Shown here one piece after another: positions 12,125 to 25,450 of a DNA stretch of 64,000 nt. The DNA is from Geosiphon pyriformis uo1 (taxonomy: Eukaryota > Fungi > Glomeromycota), in NCBI GenBank assembly GCA_016748015.1, contig JAAOMT010000003.1, positions 996,373 through 1,060,372 on the forward strand. The letters are read 5' to 3'. The translations under genes and the position numbers were made by a program. The notes beneath the pieces are model-generated. The model did not search any database. It saw nothing but the letters and a program-made list of their open reading frames with translations, and was not told the origin of the DNA. The first letter of the stretch is position 1; each line of letters begins with the position of its first letter.

Positions 12125-15100
12125 GTGATTTTGTGTGGAATATTGCAATGTGTAATGTTCGCAGTATCAATGTTTCTGCCAAGCAGGAGAACGTTGTTCA
12201 TTGGCATAGGGATTCTGGGAATTTGGTTTCAATTATTATGGAAACAAAGTTGAGGTCTAGCAATAGGCTTTGGATTAGAGATAAGTTTAATGAAATTAGG
12301 GTTTTTTCGTTTGGATTGGACAAAGAGTTTCTTGGTGCTAAAGTTGCAATTATTATGAACATGTCTCTAGCTCATCATGTTTGTAAGGTTTCTGAGGTGC
12401 CTGGTTAGCTCCTATTAATCAAGTTACTATTCAAGAACAAACTTTCTGTGTCTATTTTGGGGCTTTATGCTGGGACATTTCTGGCTATTTGTTTCTCCTA
12501 GGCTAATAATATCAATTCTATGATTGCTAAGGTGGTTAATGAATCTTCATTTGTTGTTTTGGGTGGCAACTTCAATGAAGATGGCTCTCAAAAGAGTGCT
12601 AGTTTCAGAAAGTGTTTAGATCTTGGTTTAGTCAATTCTTTGGGTGAAAGTTCTTATGTCAAAATGCCCATATGAGCTAACTCTTAAGACATGGCTAAAA
12701 CTATTGATTTTTTGTTTGTTTCTTCGAATTTGGCTAATGCTGTAATGGCTCACAATGTGTTTGATGTTGAAGAATTTTTTGATACTGACCATCGGGCTGT
12801 GTCTGTGTCTGTGAAGTTGGATGGGCTTTTGAATGTGCATCTAAACTTTCTTCACAAGCAAGCGAATAGGAACCAATAGAAGTTTGATTTCAAAAGTGCT
12901 GATGGAGCTAAATAGAATAATTTTGAGAATGCTATGTTGGCAAATACTGTGATGTTCTCAGATGAGTTTGCTGTTTCTGTTAAGTTCTCAGATTTGGATG
13001 TGATGTGGGATGTTGTTCGTAAAGTTATGGTTCTTTTGGCTAATGAAGTGTTCAAGAAGAGATGGTTTAAAGACTTTGATGATGTTTTTACTAAGAAATC
13101 TTCAAGATATCACAAATTAGAGCTGTTGGTTTCTAAAATAGTTAAGGCTTTATATGAAGAGAGTGCTGTGAATTTTGAGTCTCTTATAAAGTGCTGGGTT
13201 TCTTTGAACAGTGTTAGGACTTCAGCTGTTCAAAACATTGTGAATTCTGGTGCAAGCTCTAGTCAGATTTGTTCTGCTTTTTGTGGTGCTAGAAAAGCTT
13301 ATCATGCGTCCAAACTTGCTGAATCTTGTAGAGCTAAGAAGGCAACCATTAGAGCTGCTATAGATAAAAGAATGAAAAACTTTAAAGTTAATAAGAGTCA
13401 TACTATCAGAAGTGTGCTGGAGCACCCATTTCATAAGGTGGTACTTGACTATCTGGTTGTTGATAATGAACTTGTTCTGAAACCCAATTTGGTTAAGTCT
13501 AAGGTTAATGTTATTATGGAAGGTTGAATTAGAAAGTGTCGAGTGGTTGATAATGTCTTTAGTGATTGGTATCATCAATATCAACCTTTGGAGTATGTTT
13601 TTGATAAAGCTTTTTCAGGTGTTATGTGTTCTATTGAGTTTGATGAACTGTTTGGGGTGGTTTCTTTTCTGCCTAATGGTAAAGCTGCTGGTCTCTTAGG
13701 TATATTGAATAAGTTTTGGAAACATTGTGATAAAGTGGTCCTAAATATGCTTTTGGTGTTTTTGAATTCCTGTTTGTCTGATGAATCTGTACCTAGCTCT
13801 TGGAAAAAGGACTGGGTTTTAATGATTCCTAAACCATATGAATGGAAGGGTGTTCTTACAAATACTTGATCTATTGCTTTAATTGAGACAGCTTATAAGA
13901 TTTTCTCTAAGGTTTTCTCGAATAGAATTTTGTTGGCATACAGCACTTTTGATGTTCTTCGTGGGAACAATTTTTCTGTTTTAAAAAATACATCAACTTA
14001 GTCTCTCATTTTTGCAATTGGTTCGGTTATTGAGGATGCTTTGGAGAAAAATCATAAGCTTTGGTTGGTTTTACAAAATATAAGAAAGGCATATAATTCG
14101 GTTGGTTGGAAGCATCTCAAAAAAAGTTTAACCAAGATTAAGATGTGCAGCAAGTTTATTTGTTTTTTCAGTAGTATTCATAAGGATTACACCAATTGCA
14201 TTATGACAGATTTTGGTTTGACAGGTGGCTATTGGATACATGATAATCTGGACTAGAAAGAGGTCTTTTCCCTTCTACTGTGGTGCATTTTCTATGACCC
14301 TTTGTTATGTGAAATCAAGCATTAAGAGAGTATGTGTAAGTATAAATTAAATTCTTATTTTATTTCCAAAAATGGTCATGCTGAATTCCAGGCTAAACTT
14401 TTTTTTTTTGCTGCTGGCACTTTTGTTAATGATATGATTTGAGTTGGTAACAGTCAAAATGCCATTTAACATATTCTTGATATTGCTAGTGAATTTTTTT
14501 GGATAAATAACATTTCTATAAATAATGACAAAACAGTGGTCATTTTTATCAATAGCAGGATTGGCAATCCATCTCTTTCTATCAGTGGCTTGCCAATCTC
14601 TATTGCCAAAAAGGGTAAACCTCATTAGTATTTGGGTATTTTTCTTTCAACTGAGGGTTTTTTGAAGCCTAGTTTAGCTAAGGCGAATTCAGATGTTTGT
14701 TTTTTTACCAATCTGGTTTTGTGGAAGACTGTTTCAGATAAACAGCTCTTGTATTTGGTTTCGGTGGTTCTCCATCTTATAGTTAGCTATAGAATGCAGT
14801 TTAGCTTTGTTTCTGTTGGAGTATGTAACAAGTGGGATGCTCTTATTTACAAGGGCTTGAAGCTTAAATCCAGTTTACCACTCAATTTTCCCAGTAATAC
14901 AATTCACCATCCTTCCTTTTATGGTTTGAAATCTTTCTCTCAGATTTAGTCTGAAAGTAAGATTGCTTTCTTTGTTAGTTTTGCAAACTCTGGTGGTGTT
15001 GTGGGTTGCTTATTTTCTTATAGGTCTCATGACCTGCAAGTTTTGTGTTAGCACCCTGTTCATTTGTTGAGTTTTCCTGTTTGTATTCATATCAGTGCTT

Positions 15101-16805
15101 CTAATAATTTCTTGGCAGGCATGGTTTGTGTTTTCTTAACTGCAACTTATCTCTGGGTGGCTCTTTGACCACTTCTTTTCGATTCTGTGATGGGGTTCCA
15201 ATGTTTACTGTTCTGAGTAAGTCAAAGTTTCTTAGGTTTTTCTCTTTTCTTCGGTGGCATAGTATTGCCTTTGTTAACCAACTTTGTGATTATTATGGTG
15301 CTGTGTTTAATTGGTATACCTTCAAGTGTTAGAAAAGATTGGACCCTTGTGGCTCTGTTCCTAAGTGGTTCAAGCTTTTTGTTATATTTTTTAATAGTGT
15401 GGACTCCTCTTCTGCTTTCTTTCTGCTTTTGCATGGTATTGGTCTTTTGAACATTCTTGAATCTGGTGACTTTGTTTCTGTTTGTGATCATCTTTTATAA
15501 GCTGGTGCTAGTAGCTTGTTAGTATACATGAATAGATCCCTTAGTGATTTGGGTACAGCCAGCTGTAGAGCTGGTGCTGCCGCATATTTTGAGAACATTG
15601 GTTTGGGTTTAGGTGTTTGTGTGTCATGTTTAATGTCATCCACTTTGGCAGAATTATAAGCTATTGCACTGACTCTTGAGTGTATCTCCCTATTGAACTC
15701 TGTTTTACTTTTTTCAGATAGTCAATCTGCTTTAGACACTTGTAAATCAGAATTGAATCTGGTGTGTTCTGACTTTTGTAATCAATGTTGGGTCAAGTGT
15801 TATCATATAGTCAATGCTATTCACAGTAAAAATTTAGAAATCAGCTGACATAAGGTGAAGAGTCACTTTGGTGTCTTGGGTAATGAATGTGTTGACACGA
15901 TTGCTGGTGCTGCTTCTCTCTTTAATTGGCACTTTCCTTCCCGCTTGGATGAACACTTCTTGATTGCCGATGGTGGAATTGTTTCTGGCAATTCCAGACA
16001 TTTTGTTTATAATATTTATTGTTTAGTTTGCCATGCATGCTAGAAGGTTGGGTCTGGTTCTAAGTTTTTGGCTAGTTGTTTGCTCTCAGAGGTTGATTGG
16101 CTTCACTCGTCATTGGTGTGGCATCCTGACTTGCATATGGCTGCCAGTTTTACCAATAAACTTTTGGTTAATGCACACACTTATTTCATAAAAGCTTTGC
16201 ACCACTGGCTGCCAGTTGTTGTTCAGAAGCATCTTTATAGTAGGCTGTATCCTAGTGTGTTGTGCTTATATTGTGATGAGATAGAGGTGTTGGATTATGT
16301 GTTTTCTTGTGAAGTTGATAAATTTGCTCAATGGTGTTTATTGGAATCTCATATAAGCTTCTAAAAGATGGTCTCTGGTCTCTCTCATTCCTCTTCAGGT
16401 GTACTGTAGTTGTTGTCTTCTTATGTCTCTAATCCTTTTGTGTCCACGGCTCTTTATAAAGATTTTGTTTTTGATGACTGGTTTTGCGAGACTGTTTCTA
16501 TCTTCTGTGATTTCAAGGTTGCCAGTTTAAAGGTTGTTGAATTTGTGTATTCTCTCGGTCTTGCTTTTAGGGCTGATATTTGGTCAGTTTGTGCTAAGCA
16601 TTGTGCTTATATGGAGAAGAATAAGTTGATTCCACTTGATGGTTTGACTCTCATCTTGGTCTCTGGTTTGGCTTCAAGGTTTTCTGCTAGTGTGGTCAAA
16701 TTGCTTAGCATTGCTGATGGTTTTGGTATTTGTTTTGACTTCCACAAATCCAGTTTGTTTTTTTCTGGTTTAGGTGATCCAGTTTTGGTTTATATAGCTG
16801 CATAG
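12121..16805 (+). pseudogene. LINE ORF2 (APE-RT-RNase H-CCHC), disrupted; start ATG mutated to ATA
   Basis: CNVRS, GGNFN, DTDH, KAAG, KAYNSV, FVNDMI, KVKSHFG..GN..VD, CLYC..EVLDYVFSC; colinear with copy 1. Confidence 0.9.
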
Positions 16806-17104
16806 TATTGTCTTAATTGGCCTGAGTGGCTGGTTATGTATAGAAAGTGCATAATTTACACTTAGTTTAGATTATTTCTTTGATGTATAATACTAGGTTG
16901 TGGTTGGACCTTATTCGTTAAATGTAATAAAAAAAAAATAATAATAATATTTAGTAAAAAAACTTTTAAATATTAATATTGTTTAAGTATTAAAATCTAA
17001 ATTTTTTTTTTCAAAGTTTTTGTTTAAATTTATAATTAATCTTAAAATTTTTAAGTTTTATTTTATTAATATAAAGTTTTATGTTAAGATTATTGTTTTT
17101 TTGG

Positions 17105-17138
<34 letters not shown>

Positions 17139-17863
17139 TTTAATGTTAATTTAAGTTAGTTTTTTTAAAATTTAAGTTAATTTTATTGATTTAATCTATT
17201 ATTAAGCTTATTAATATTTTGGTTTTTTTGGTTATAAAATTAATTGATATTTTTTTATATATATTAAAATAAAATAAAAATTATCAATAATTTAAACAAA
17301 AAAATAACTAGTCTTAAAACAGAATATAACATAATTAATAATAATATAATTGATAATAATCTAAATTTTTTTTGTTAATAAAAATAATTTTACAAAAATA
17401 ATAATATTTTAAAAGCTTTAAACATTTAATATTAAATATAATATAAATAAAATTATTATATAATTGATTAATTTGGTTTTTGATAATAATAGTTTAATTG
17501 TATTTATACAAAAAATAATATTTTTAAATAAATTTATTTTAAATTTAATTTAGTTTAATATAAAATAATTTAAATAATTAATCATATATAAAAAACTGTA
17601 AATTATAACTACTTATAAGATTTTAAATTTTTATTTTATAGTTAATAATTAGACTATATTTTGTTAAAACATAAAAAAAAATGGTTTAATAAAAATTATA
17701 AAGTTAAATTTTTATTATTATTATTAAATAAAATTAAAATTATTAAAATATTAATTAATTAAACAACAGTTAAAATATTTTAATTTTAAAAAGTTATTTT
17801 ATATTAATTACAATAATAAATAATATTATAAAATAAAATAAAACAAAATAAAAACAAGAAAAA

Positions 17864-18070
17864 GTTCATTTTAATATGTGTAAATTATGTTTTTTTTTAT
17901 AATCATAGATAATTTTATTTATGTTAAAATAAATATGTAATGTTGTTTTAATCAGTCTAAGTGGCTGGTTATATGTAAAAATATATGATTTATGCTTAGT
18001 TTAAATTACTTAGTTTTATGTATTATACTAAATTATATTTAGATCTTATTTATTAAAATAAAAAATAAAA
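17864..18070 (+). mobile_element. Short 5'-truncated LINE insertion (ORF2 C-terminal ~25 codons, 3' UTR and tail), heavily mutated
   Basis: TAATGTTGTTTTAATCAGTCTAAGTGGCTGGTTATATGT... matches the family 3' UTR; upstream VHFNMCKLCFFF resembles the ORF2 end. Near-identical 13-mer AAAAC(A/C)AGAAAAA at 17851-17863 and 18071-18083 (TSD). Confidence 0.75.
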
Positions 18071-18518
18071 AAAACCAGAAAAATAATAGTTTTAACATAA
18101 AATATTAAATTTTTAAACTAATGTTTTAATATTTTTAAAATTATAAAAAACCAAATAAAACAAATTTATAATTAAAAATCAGATAATTTAAACATTTATA
18201 TTTGTAATAACACTAATATTTAAAAATTTTTAATAATACTTAAAATTAAAAAATAAATAAATTTAATTACTAATTTAAAAAAACAAGTTTATTAATTTTA
18301 TTAAAATAATTTTCAAAAAAACATATATAAAGTTTACAACTTTAAAAATAATAAAAAAAATTAGCAAGTTTAATTTTTTTATTTTATTATTATTATTAAA
18401 GTTTAATGAGTGAAGTTCAAACACCACCTAGTGCTATACATCACTGAAATGATCTAAACTAGGTGCAAATCATGCCTTTACTACACATAACCAGACACTC
18501 AGACTAATCAGAACAACA

Positions 18519-21500
18519 CTATGCACTTATATGAACAGAAGCCATGTCATCAACACCTGTATAAAACAAACAATGCTTATGATACCCAAAGCTGATGCCA
18601 AGTGCATCAGCAACACCCAACAACCTAATCACCCCAGCCAAAAGCCGTGTAGAAAAACCAGAAACAGCAACAAGAATAGAACCATCACATGGAATCAGCT
18701 TATTTTTCTCCATAATGGTCCGGTGTTTTGCACAGACCAGCCAGATATTATTACAAAATGCAAGACAAAACTCACGTACAAAATTCATAACATTAACCAC
18801 TGCCACCTTAAGATCCTTGTAAACAAAAACAGACTCGCAATACCAATTGCTAAAAACAAAGCCTTTACACAGAGTCATATTAACAATCACATCTGAAAAG
18901 CAAGTCGACAACAACTATAATACACACAAAAAAAAATGAGACAGACCAGAACGCAACTCCCAGGCAGTTGCATAAGTGTCCAACAAACCAGTGCAACTAT
19001 CAGCATCAGAAGAGCAAGAAAAAATGTGGTCAGAGACTTCAACCTTATCACAGAACAAACAAACTACACTGGGATAACCTTTATCATACAGACGCTTTTG
19101 CACAGCAATAGGGAGGCAATAATGAAGGGCTTTTATGAAATATGTACAAAAGCCAGCCATCCGAATACTAGTAAAACCAGTCACCAGGTGGGAATCCAGG
19201 TGCCACATCAGAGAAGACCTCAACCAGTCAATATCAGCACACAAACAATCTGGAACAGCCTGGGAACCAGAACCAATCTCCCAATGCGCATGATGGATTG
19301 ACCTAAATATGTTACAAACAAAATCCCTTGAATTACCAGAAACTGTATCAACACCAGCCTTCAAAAACCTCTTATTGACCAAGTGGGGCAGGCGCCAGGC
19401 AGAAAGAGCAGCATCCTTAGCCAACACATCAGCATGCTCGTTGCCTGAAACATCTGAATGACCTTTAACCTTAATCCAATTAACATCTAAATTTTTGTGA
19501 CAAATGACATTGGTAATATGACAATGCTCAATCCAACAACAATTTTTGAAATCAGAGTCAACTGATAAAAACTTCGACCTATAAGCATCTATAGTCACCT
19601 GGCTGTCTGAGAACAAGTCAACTGAGTGAAAAGAAAAAACACACTCAAGAGCTAAAGCAATAGTCTGCAACTCCACCAAAGTAGAAGAAACCACACCAGA
19701 AATCCCCACACCCAGACCCAAATTAATGTCTTTAAAGAAAACCACAGCACCAGCCAACATGTCCACAATGCCCAAGTTACTCAGAGATCCATCTGTGTAC
19801 ACAGAGAGGCAGGTGGCACCAACATCTAACAGATTATTACAAATAACACCAAAACCAGAAGACTGATGGATATCAGAAAAGCCACAAACACCCTCATGAG
19901 GAGATTGACCAGAAAGAAAAGCTACACCCCCAAGAAAATGTACAGAGAGATCAAACCAGGAGGAGACTGAGCCACAAGAGTCCAGTCTTTTCCAACGTTT
20001 GAAAGTCGCCCAATCAAAAACAATGCCATTCTGGTCACAAAGCTGTTCTACAAAAGCAATATTATAATGCCTAAGGGAAAAAACACATTTGAAGAAGATC
20101 ATCTTGCCGAGAACTAGAGACATAAAAGTACTATTCCAAAGACAAAAAGCACTGATCAGAGAGCCACCCAAAGACAAATCACACCCAGAAAAAATATAAA
20201 CCACATCTGTCAAAAAGTTGTTTAAAGAGCTGATTCTAACACAAACAAGAACCAACAAAGGGTGATGAGGATGCCAGCTGAGAACCTGGAGATTGTAAGA
20301 CCTATGAGAAAACAAGTGATCTAAAACACCAACCAAATTCACAAAAGCAATGACAGAAGCCAACTTGCTCTCAGCCTGAATCTGCTCAAAAGTTTTTAAA
20401 TTGTACAAGGAAAAATGATAAAGTACATTGTTGAGAAAGTCCAGAGGCAGTCCAAATTTGGACTTCAGGCTCTTGCAAATCAAAGTGTCCCACTTATTAC
20501 ACACACTGAGAAAAATAAAACTGAACTGAGTTCTATAGCTGATGATAGGAAAGAGAACTGAAGACAACAAATAAGCAAACTGTTTATCTGAAATAACTTT
20601 TCTCAAGATAAAGTTGATGAAAAACCGAACATCCGAATGTGCTTTAACCAAGCTAGGCTTCGAAAAACCTTCAGAAGATAAAAAAATCCCCAGATAATAA
20701 TGAGATTCACCTCTTTTAGTGATGGAAATTGGCATATCACTAATAGTTAAATAAGGAGCAGCAACCCAACAGTTAATAGGAATGATCACAGTCTTGTCAT
20801 TGTTTATCAAAATGTTATTTAGACGAAAGAAATCACTAGCAACATTGAGGATGTGTTGTGTAGCAGTCTGGCTGCTACTGACCCAGATAGTATCATCAAC
20901 AAAAACACCAGTGGCCAGAAACAACATCAGCCCAGCTTGAGATTCCACCCAACCAGTCTTAAAAACGAAATGAGAAATCAATCTGTAACCACAAATGCTC
21001 TCCTGTCTCTTAATCTCACACAAAAGCGAGTTATAAAATATGCGCCAGAGAAGTGGTGAAAAAACCTCTCCCTAATCCAATCCATCATGAACCCAATATT
21101 CATCAGTCAAATCAAAATCTGTCATCATTCTGTTAGTGTGACTATTATGAATACTACCAAAAAATCTGATAAACTTGTCACACATTTTGATCCTAACCAA
21201 ACTCCTCTTGAGATGCTCCCAACCAACAAAATCATAAGCTTTGCACATATCCTGTAAAACCAGCCACAACTTTCGGTTTTTTTCCAAAGCATCTTTGATC
21301 ACCAAACCAATAGTGAAAATAGGTGAATGAGTAGACGTATTTTTCAGAACAGAGAAATTGTCTCCACAGAGGACATCAAAAGTGCTACAAACCAGAGATA
21401 TCCAATCTGAAAGAATTTTGGAAAGGACCTTGTGAGCTGTTTCAATCAAAGCAATGGGACAGGTATTAGTAAAAACCTCCTCCTACATGTAAGGTTTAGG

Positions 21501-23207
21501 AATTATTGAGACCCAGACTTTCCTCCAAGGTCTAGGCACCAACTCACAACCCAAACAAAAATTTAAAAGCACCAAAAGCATATCTAAGACTGACTTGTCA
21601 CAGTGTTTCCAAAGTTCATTAGTGATACCAGAAAGATCAGCTGCTTTCCCATCGAGCAAATTTGAAATAACACCAAACATTTTATCAAAACTGATTGAAT
21701 GTATTACATCAGAGAAGGCACCATCGAAGACATGATCCAAAGGCCAAAATTGCCTTGCCCAATCACCAGAGATATTAGAAGCCACCACACATTTCCTAGT
21801 CCAACCCTCCATGATTCCATCTACCTTAGATTTAACCAACTCAGGCTTCAATACCAACTCCTTTCCATTCACCAAATAATCCAACACCACTTTACAAAAA
21901 GGATGCTCCAAAACACTTCTAATGATGTGACCCTTATCTATCTCAAAACTCTCCATTCTCCTCTCAATAGCCTGCCTTATACAAGATTCTTCAGCATGCT
22001 TAGATTCCAATAACTTAGAAGAATGGTAAGACTTCCTTGCCTTAGCCAGCCCAGAACAGATTGCATCAAAACCGGTACCAGAAAGAAACATAGATTTTAC
22101 TGGCAAAGCACTCACAGAATCAAGCCTGTTCTAAGTATTCAACAACAAGGCAAAATCTCTACCAGAAACCAACTGAGAAGCCTTCACCAGTTTAGACACA
22201 AGTAGCTCCAATTTATAAAACTAGGAAGATACTTTATTAAAAACACAATCAAAATCCTTAAACCATTTTTTTTTGAACGTTCTACCAGCCAAAAGAACCA
22301 TAATTTTATGAACAATGTCCTACATCGCATCCAGATCAGAAAACCACTTAGTTGCAACAAACTCATCCGAGAACATAACAGCATTAGCAGCTGTAGCATT
22401 CCTAAATTCTAACCACTTAACCTCACTGGCATTTTTGATATTATACTTCTAATGATTTCTATTTGCTTGTTTGCACAGTGAGTTCAATTAAATATCTAAC
22501 AGGCCACCCAGTTCTACAGAAATGTAAACAGCCTTGTGATTAGTATCAAAATAGTCTTCAACACCATCTACACCACAATCCACCACCACACCAACCAAAT
22601 TAGAAGAAACAAACATGTAGTCAAGTGTCTTAGTGATATCACAAAAATTGCACCAAGTAGATGACTTCACAAAAGAGCTCCCCCTCAGAGAGTTAATCAA
22701 ACCCAAATCAAAACATTTTTTGAAACTGGCACATTTATGTGAACCATCCTTATTAAAATTACCACCAAGAACAACAAAAGAAGACTCATTAACAGCTTTA
22801 GCAATAAGAAAGTTGATTTCACCAGCCTGAGAAAACTGAACCACTGATGAAGCACTAGCATAGAGCCCCAAAATAAACACTGAAAGTTTATTTTTGAAAA
22901 GCAACTTGATAGATAGAAGCTGACCAGGCACCTCAGAGATCTTGTAAACATGTTTTACTAAAGAAGAATTCATGACAATTAACACCCCAGTACCCAAAGA
23001 ACCAGAATCCAGACCAGAAGTAAAAACCCAAATACCATCAAATTTGTTGGCCAACCATGGACAAACTTTCCCTTTAAGCTTTGACTCTGTAAAAATAGAA
23101 ACCAAATTGTTCATATCCTTGTCCCAACAGATAACATCATCTTGCTTTGCAGGATTGTTCAACCCATGAACATTACACATAGCAATTTTCTATACCAGAC
23201 CACTCAT
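18519..23207 (-). pseudogene. LINE ORF2 (APE-RT-RNase H-CCHC), disrupted
   Basis: A 702-aa open stretch contains FVDDTIW, YTDGS, SDSQ, KVKGHSD.SGNE.AD and CLFC..EVSDHIFSC; APE fragment at 22488-23180. Confidence 0.93.
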
Positions 23208-25002
23208 TGAGGAAGAGGTAGAGAAGGAGCACCACCTGTCAAAGCCAAACCATCCAAGTGTGCTGATAGGCTCATGACCAAAGCAGAAAGACTTTCCAAC
23301 ATGTTTTTCAATTTCACAATCTTAGATGAGGCAGTTGAATTCAGAACAGCAGCAGTCTTATCACCAGTGGCATCACCCAAACTCACTCCTATCACTATAT
23401 CTTCCCCTTGATTCTGTAACGGGAGGGTCACCGGCAGCTAACATCTAGGGCTAGGCTGGGGAACTGCCGACATGAGTGAATCCAACCTCTTAGCCAACTC
23501 ACCAATTTGTCCCATAAGGCTAATAAGACTGCTTTCAATATTCACCAAACACTTTTCCAAATCACTCGCAACAGGAAGGAGAGGTTTACCAACTTTGTTG
23601 AAACCAAGAATTGAACCAGCACTGTGAAAACTATGCACTGGAGGAGCACTAACTACTGATGCCCAAGTCTTACCACTGAAGACCAATGGATGAGAAATAG
23701 GCATGGACTTCCAAGTATAGATATTCGCCAATCTGACCTAATCTTAAGCAGAAAGAGGTGCCTTTCTGCCTTTCAAGGTTGAACCAACTTTAACCAAAAC
23801 ACAATTAAGAGATGTATGACCAGGAAGACCGCAGACCAAGCACAGTGCCAAAGAAAGGTGAGACCAGCAGAGACTAATTCCTTTTATAACTGGGGTTGCA
23901 GCCATTGCACTAACCAGATCAGATTCAAACCCAAAGCAAACAGTAGCACAGCAAGCATGGGCGTAGCTAATAGGATTACAATCAATAACACATGTTTTCC
24001 CACCAACTGAATCAACAAATTCCCAAAGGTTATGAGCATTTGTCTCAACAGAAAGAGTGTATAGCAGTGCCCTAAATTCATTCTTGAAATTCCACGTTTG
24101 TTTGTTAACATCGACTTTGGTCACACATTCTGTATCCTTTCTAATGAAAATAGACTATTTGGATGCCAAGAGATCAGTCTGATTCTGATCTTCTAATTCA
24201 ACAATTGCTTTTTGCCACAGACCCATCAGCTGCATTTTGATTGACTTAATCAATCCAAACTCGGACACAGCAGTGCGCATAGTCTCCATGGAAGTTCCCA
24301 CAGGAATTTCTTTCATCATAATTGCCTGATTTATATGATTGTTTACAGGGTGCTTGAGATTGGTGTTTACCACAACACCATGATCATTTGCCAACTTTCC
24401 AGCAGCCATCATTGCCTTTTCCGAAGTGAAAGTGGCACGAATAATTCCAGCAAATTTTGAGGAGTAGAAGCCTCCTCAAAACCATTCACACTTGAAAAGA
24501 TTTTCTTAATAAAACTCAATTTTTTCTGAGAGGACTTCTCAGTAATGGCCATAAGATCAATATCTAAAGTGAAAGATTTGCAAACAGGCACTTGAATGGT
24601 CAGTTTGATAGGTAGAGGGGGTGGGAGAAGAAAGGAATTGTCTAACATGTCATTGTCTGTATTAACAGTACCATAATCAATCACACCCAGAGGCTTCCCT
24701 AACACCTTTTTGGTCTTTACACGCAAACCCTTTGGCATCTGATTAGGATCCCCTTTTGTGAAAACACCACTCTTACCATAGTCAACACTGGTTTCTTCAA
24801 CCAAGCACTCCTCTTCTATGTCAATACTCTCAAATTTAGTAGTGTCACCTGTCTCAAAACCCCATGAATGAGCACCAGGAGCTTTAGCAGCAACCCTTCT
24901 ATTATCAATACCCTCTGCCAATACATCTCTCTTCCTTTTTTTCCTTGATGCAACTGCCTTGAAACCACACTCAAAACCAGAAACTTTAATAGTCTTTTTC
25001 AT
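23204..25002 (-). pseudogene. LINE ORF1, disrupted
   Basis: Fragments with QKAIVELE (RRM-like), CLVCGLPGHTSLNC knuckle and GKTWASVV. Confidence 0.85.
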
Positions 25003-25450
25003 AACAGCAATAACAGGGCCAACAGTGGCCTTGTAATTGAAAAACAGTTTTGATTTATCATATTGAATAGTAAAAAACTTCTTTCGAAAAAACTCTTGAC
25101 TCTTTTTTGGGAATTTTGAACAAAGGAGAGAAAAAAATTTTTCTTTTAATATTGTTTAATTTAAACAATAATATTTAAAAAATTTTAAAATATAAACTTA
25201 TATAAAAAACTTATTATTGTTTTTAATAAATAATTTTAAATTAATTTAATTTTATTAATTTTATTAAACATAAAGTAAAAATTATCTATTTAAAAAATTT
25301 TAATACTTTGTAATTGTTTTTTAAATATTTTTAAAATTAGCAATATTTTTAAAAAGCAAAAAAAAATATTTAAATTTTATTTTATTAGTTTAATTTTTAA
25401 AATCAAATAATTTTTTATTTTATTAATGCATTTAATGAGTGAAGCCCAAC

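Larger units (their letters stand above)
10031..16938 (+). mobile_element. Full-length degenerate LINE, copy 2 (chimeric)
   Basis: ORF1 from ATG 10166, ORF2 to 16805, conserved 3' UTR 16806-16925, poly(A). The 5' boundary is approximate. Confidence 0.92.
18373..25142 (-). mobile_element. Full-length degenerate LINE, copy 3
   Basis: ORF1 25002->23204, ORF2 23207->18519, 3' UTR 18518->18400, T-rich tail on the + strand; 5' UTR of the same type as copies 1 and 6. Confidence 0.93.

Noticed and set aside
18531-24010. Numerous short opposite-strand or alternative-frame ORFs over the LINEs (here and in the other copies)
   Set aside because: Shadows of ORF1/ORF2 with biased composition, not conserved between copies.
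10020-25160. TSDs for LINE copies 2 and 3
   Set aside because: Candidate matches are short, mismatched and in very AT-rich flanks, so not distinguishable from chance.
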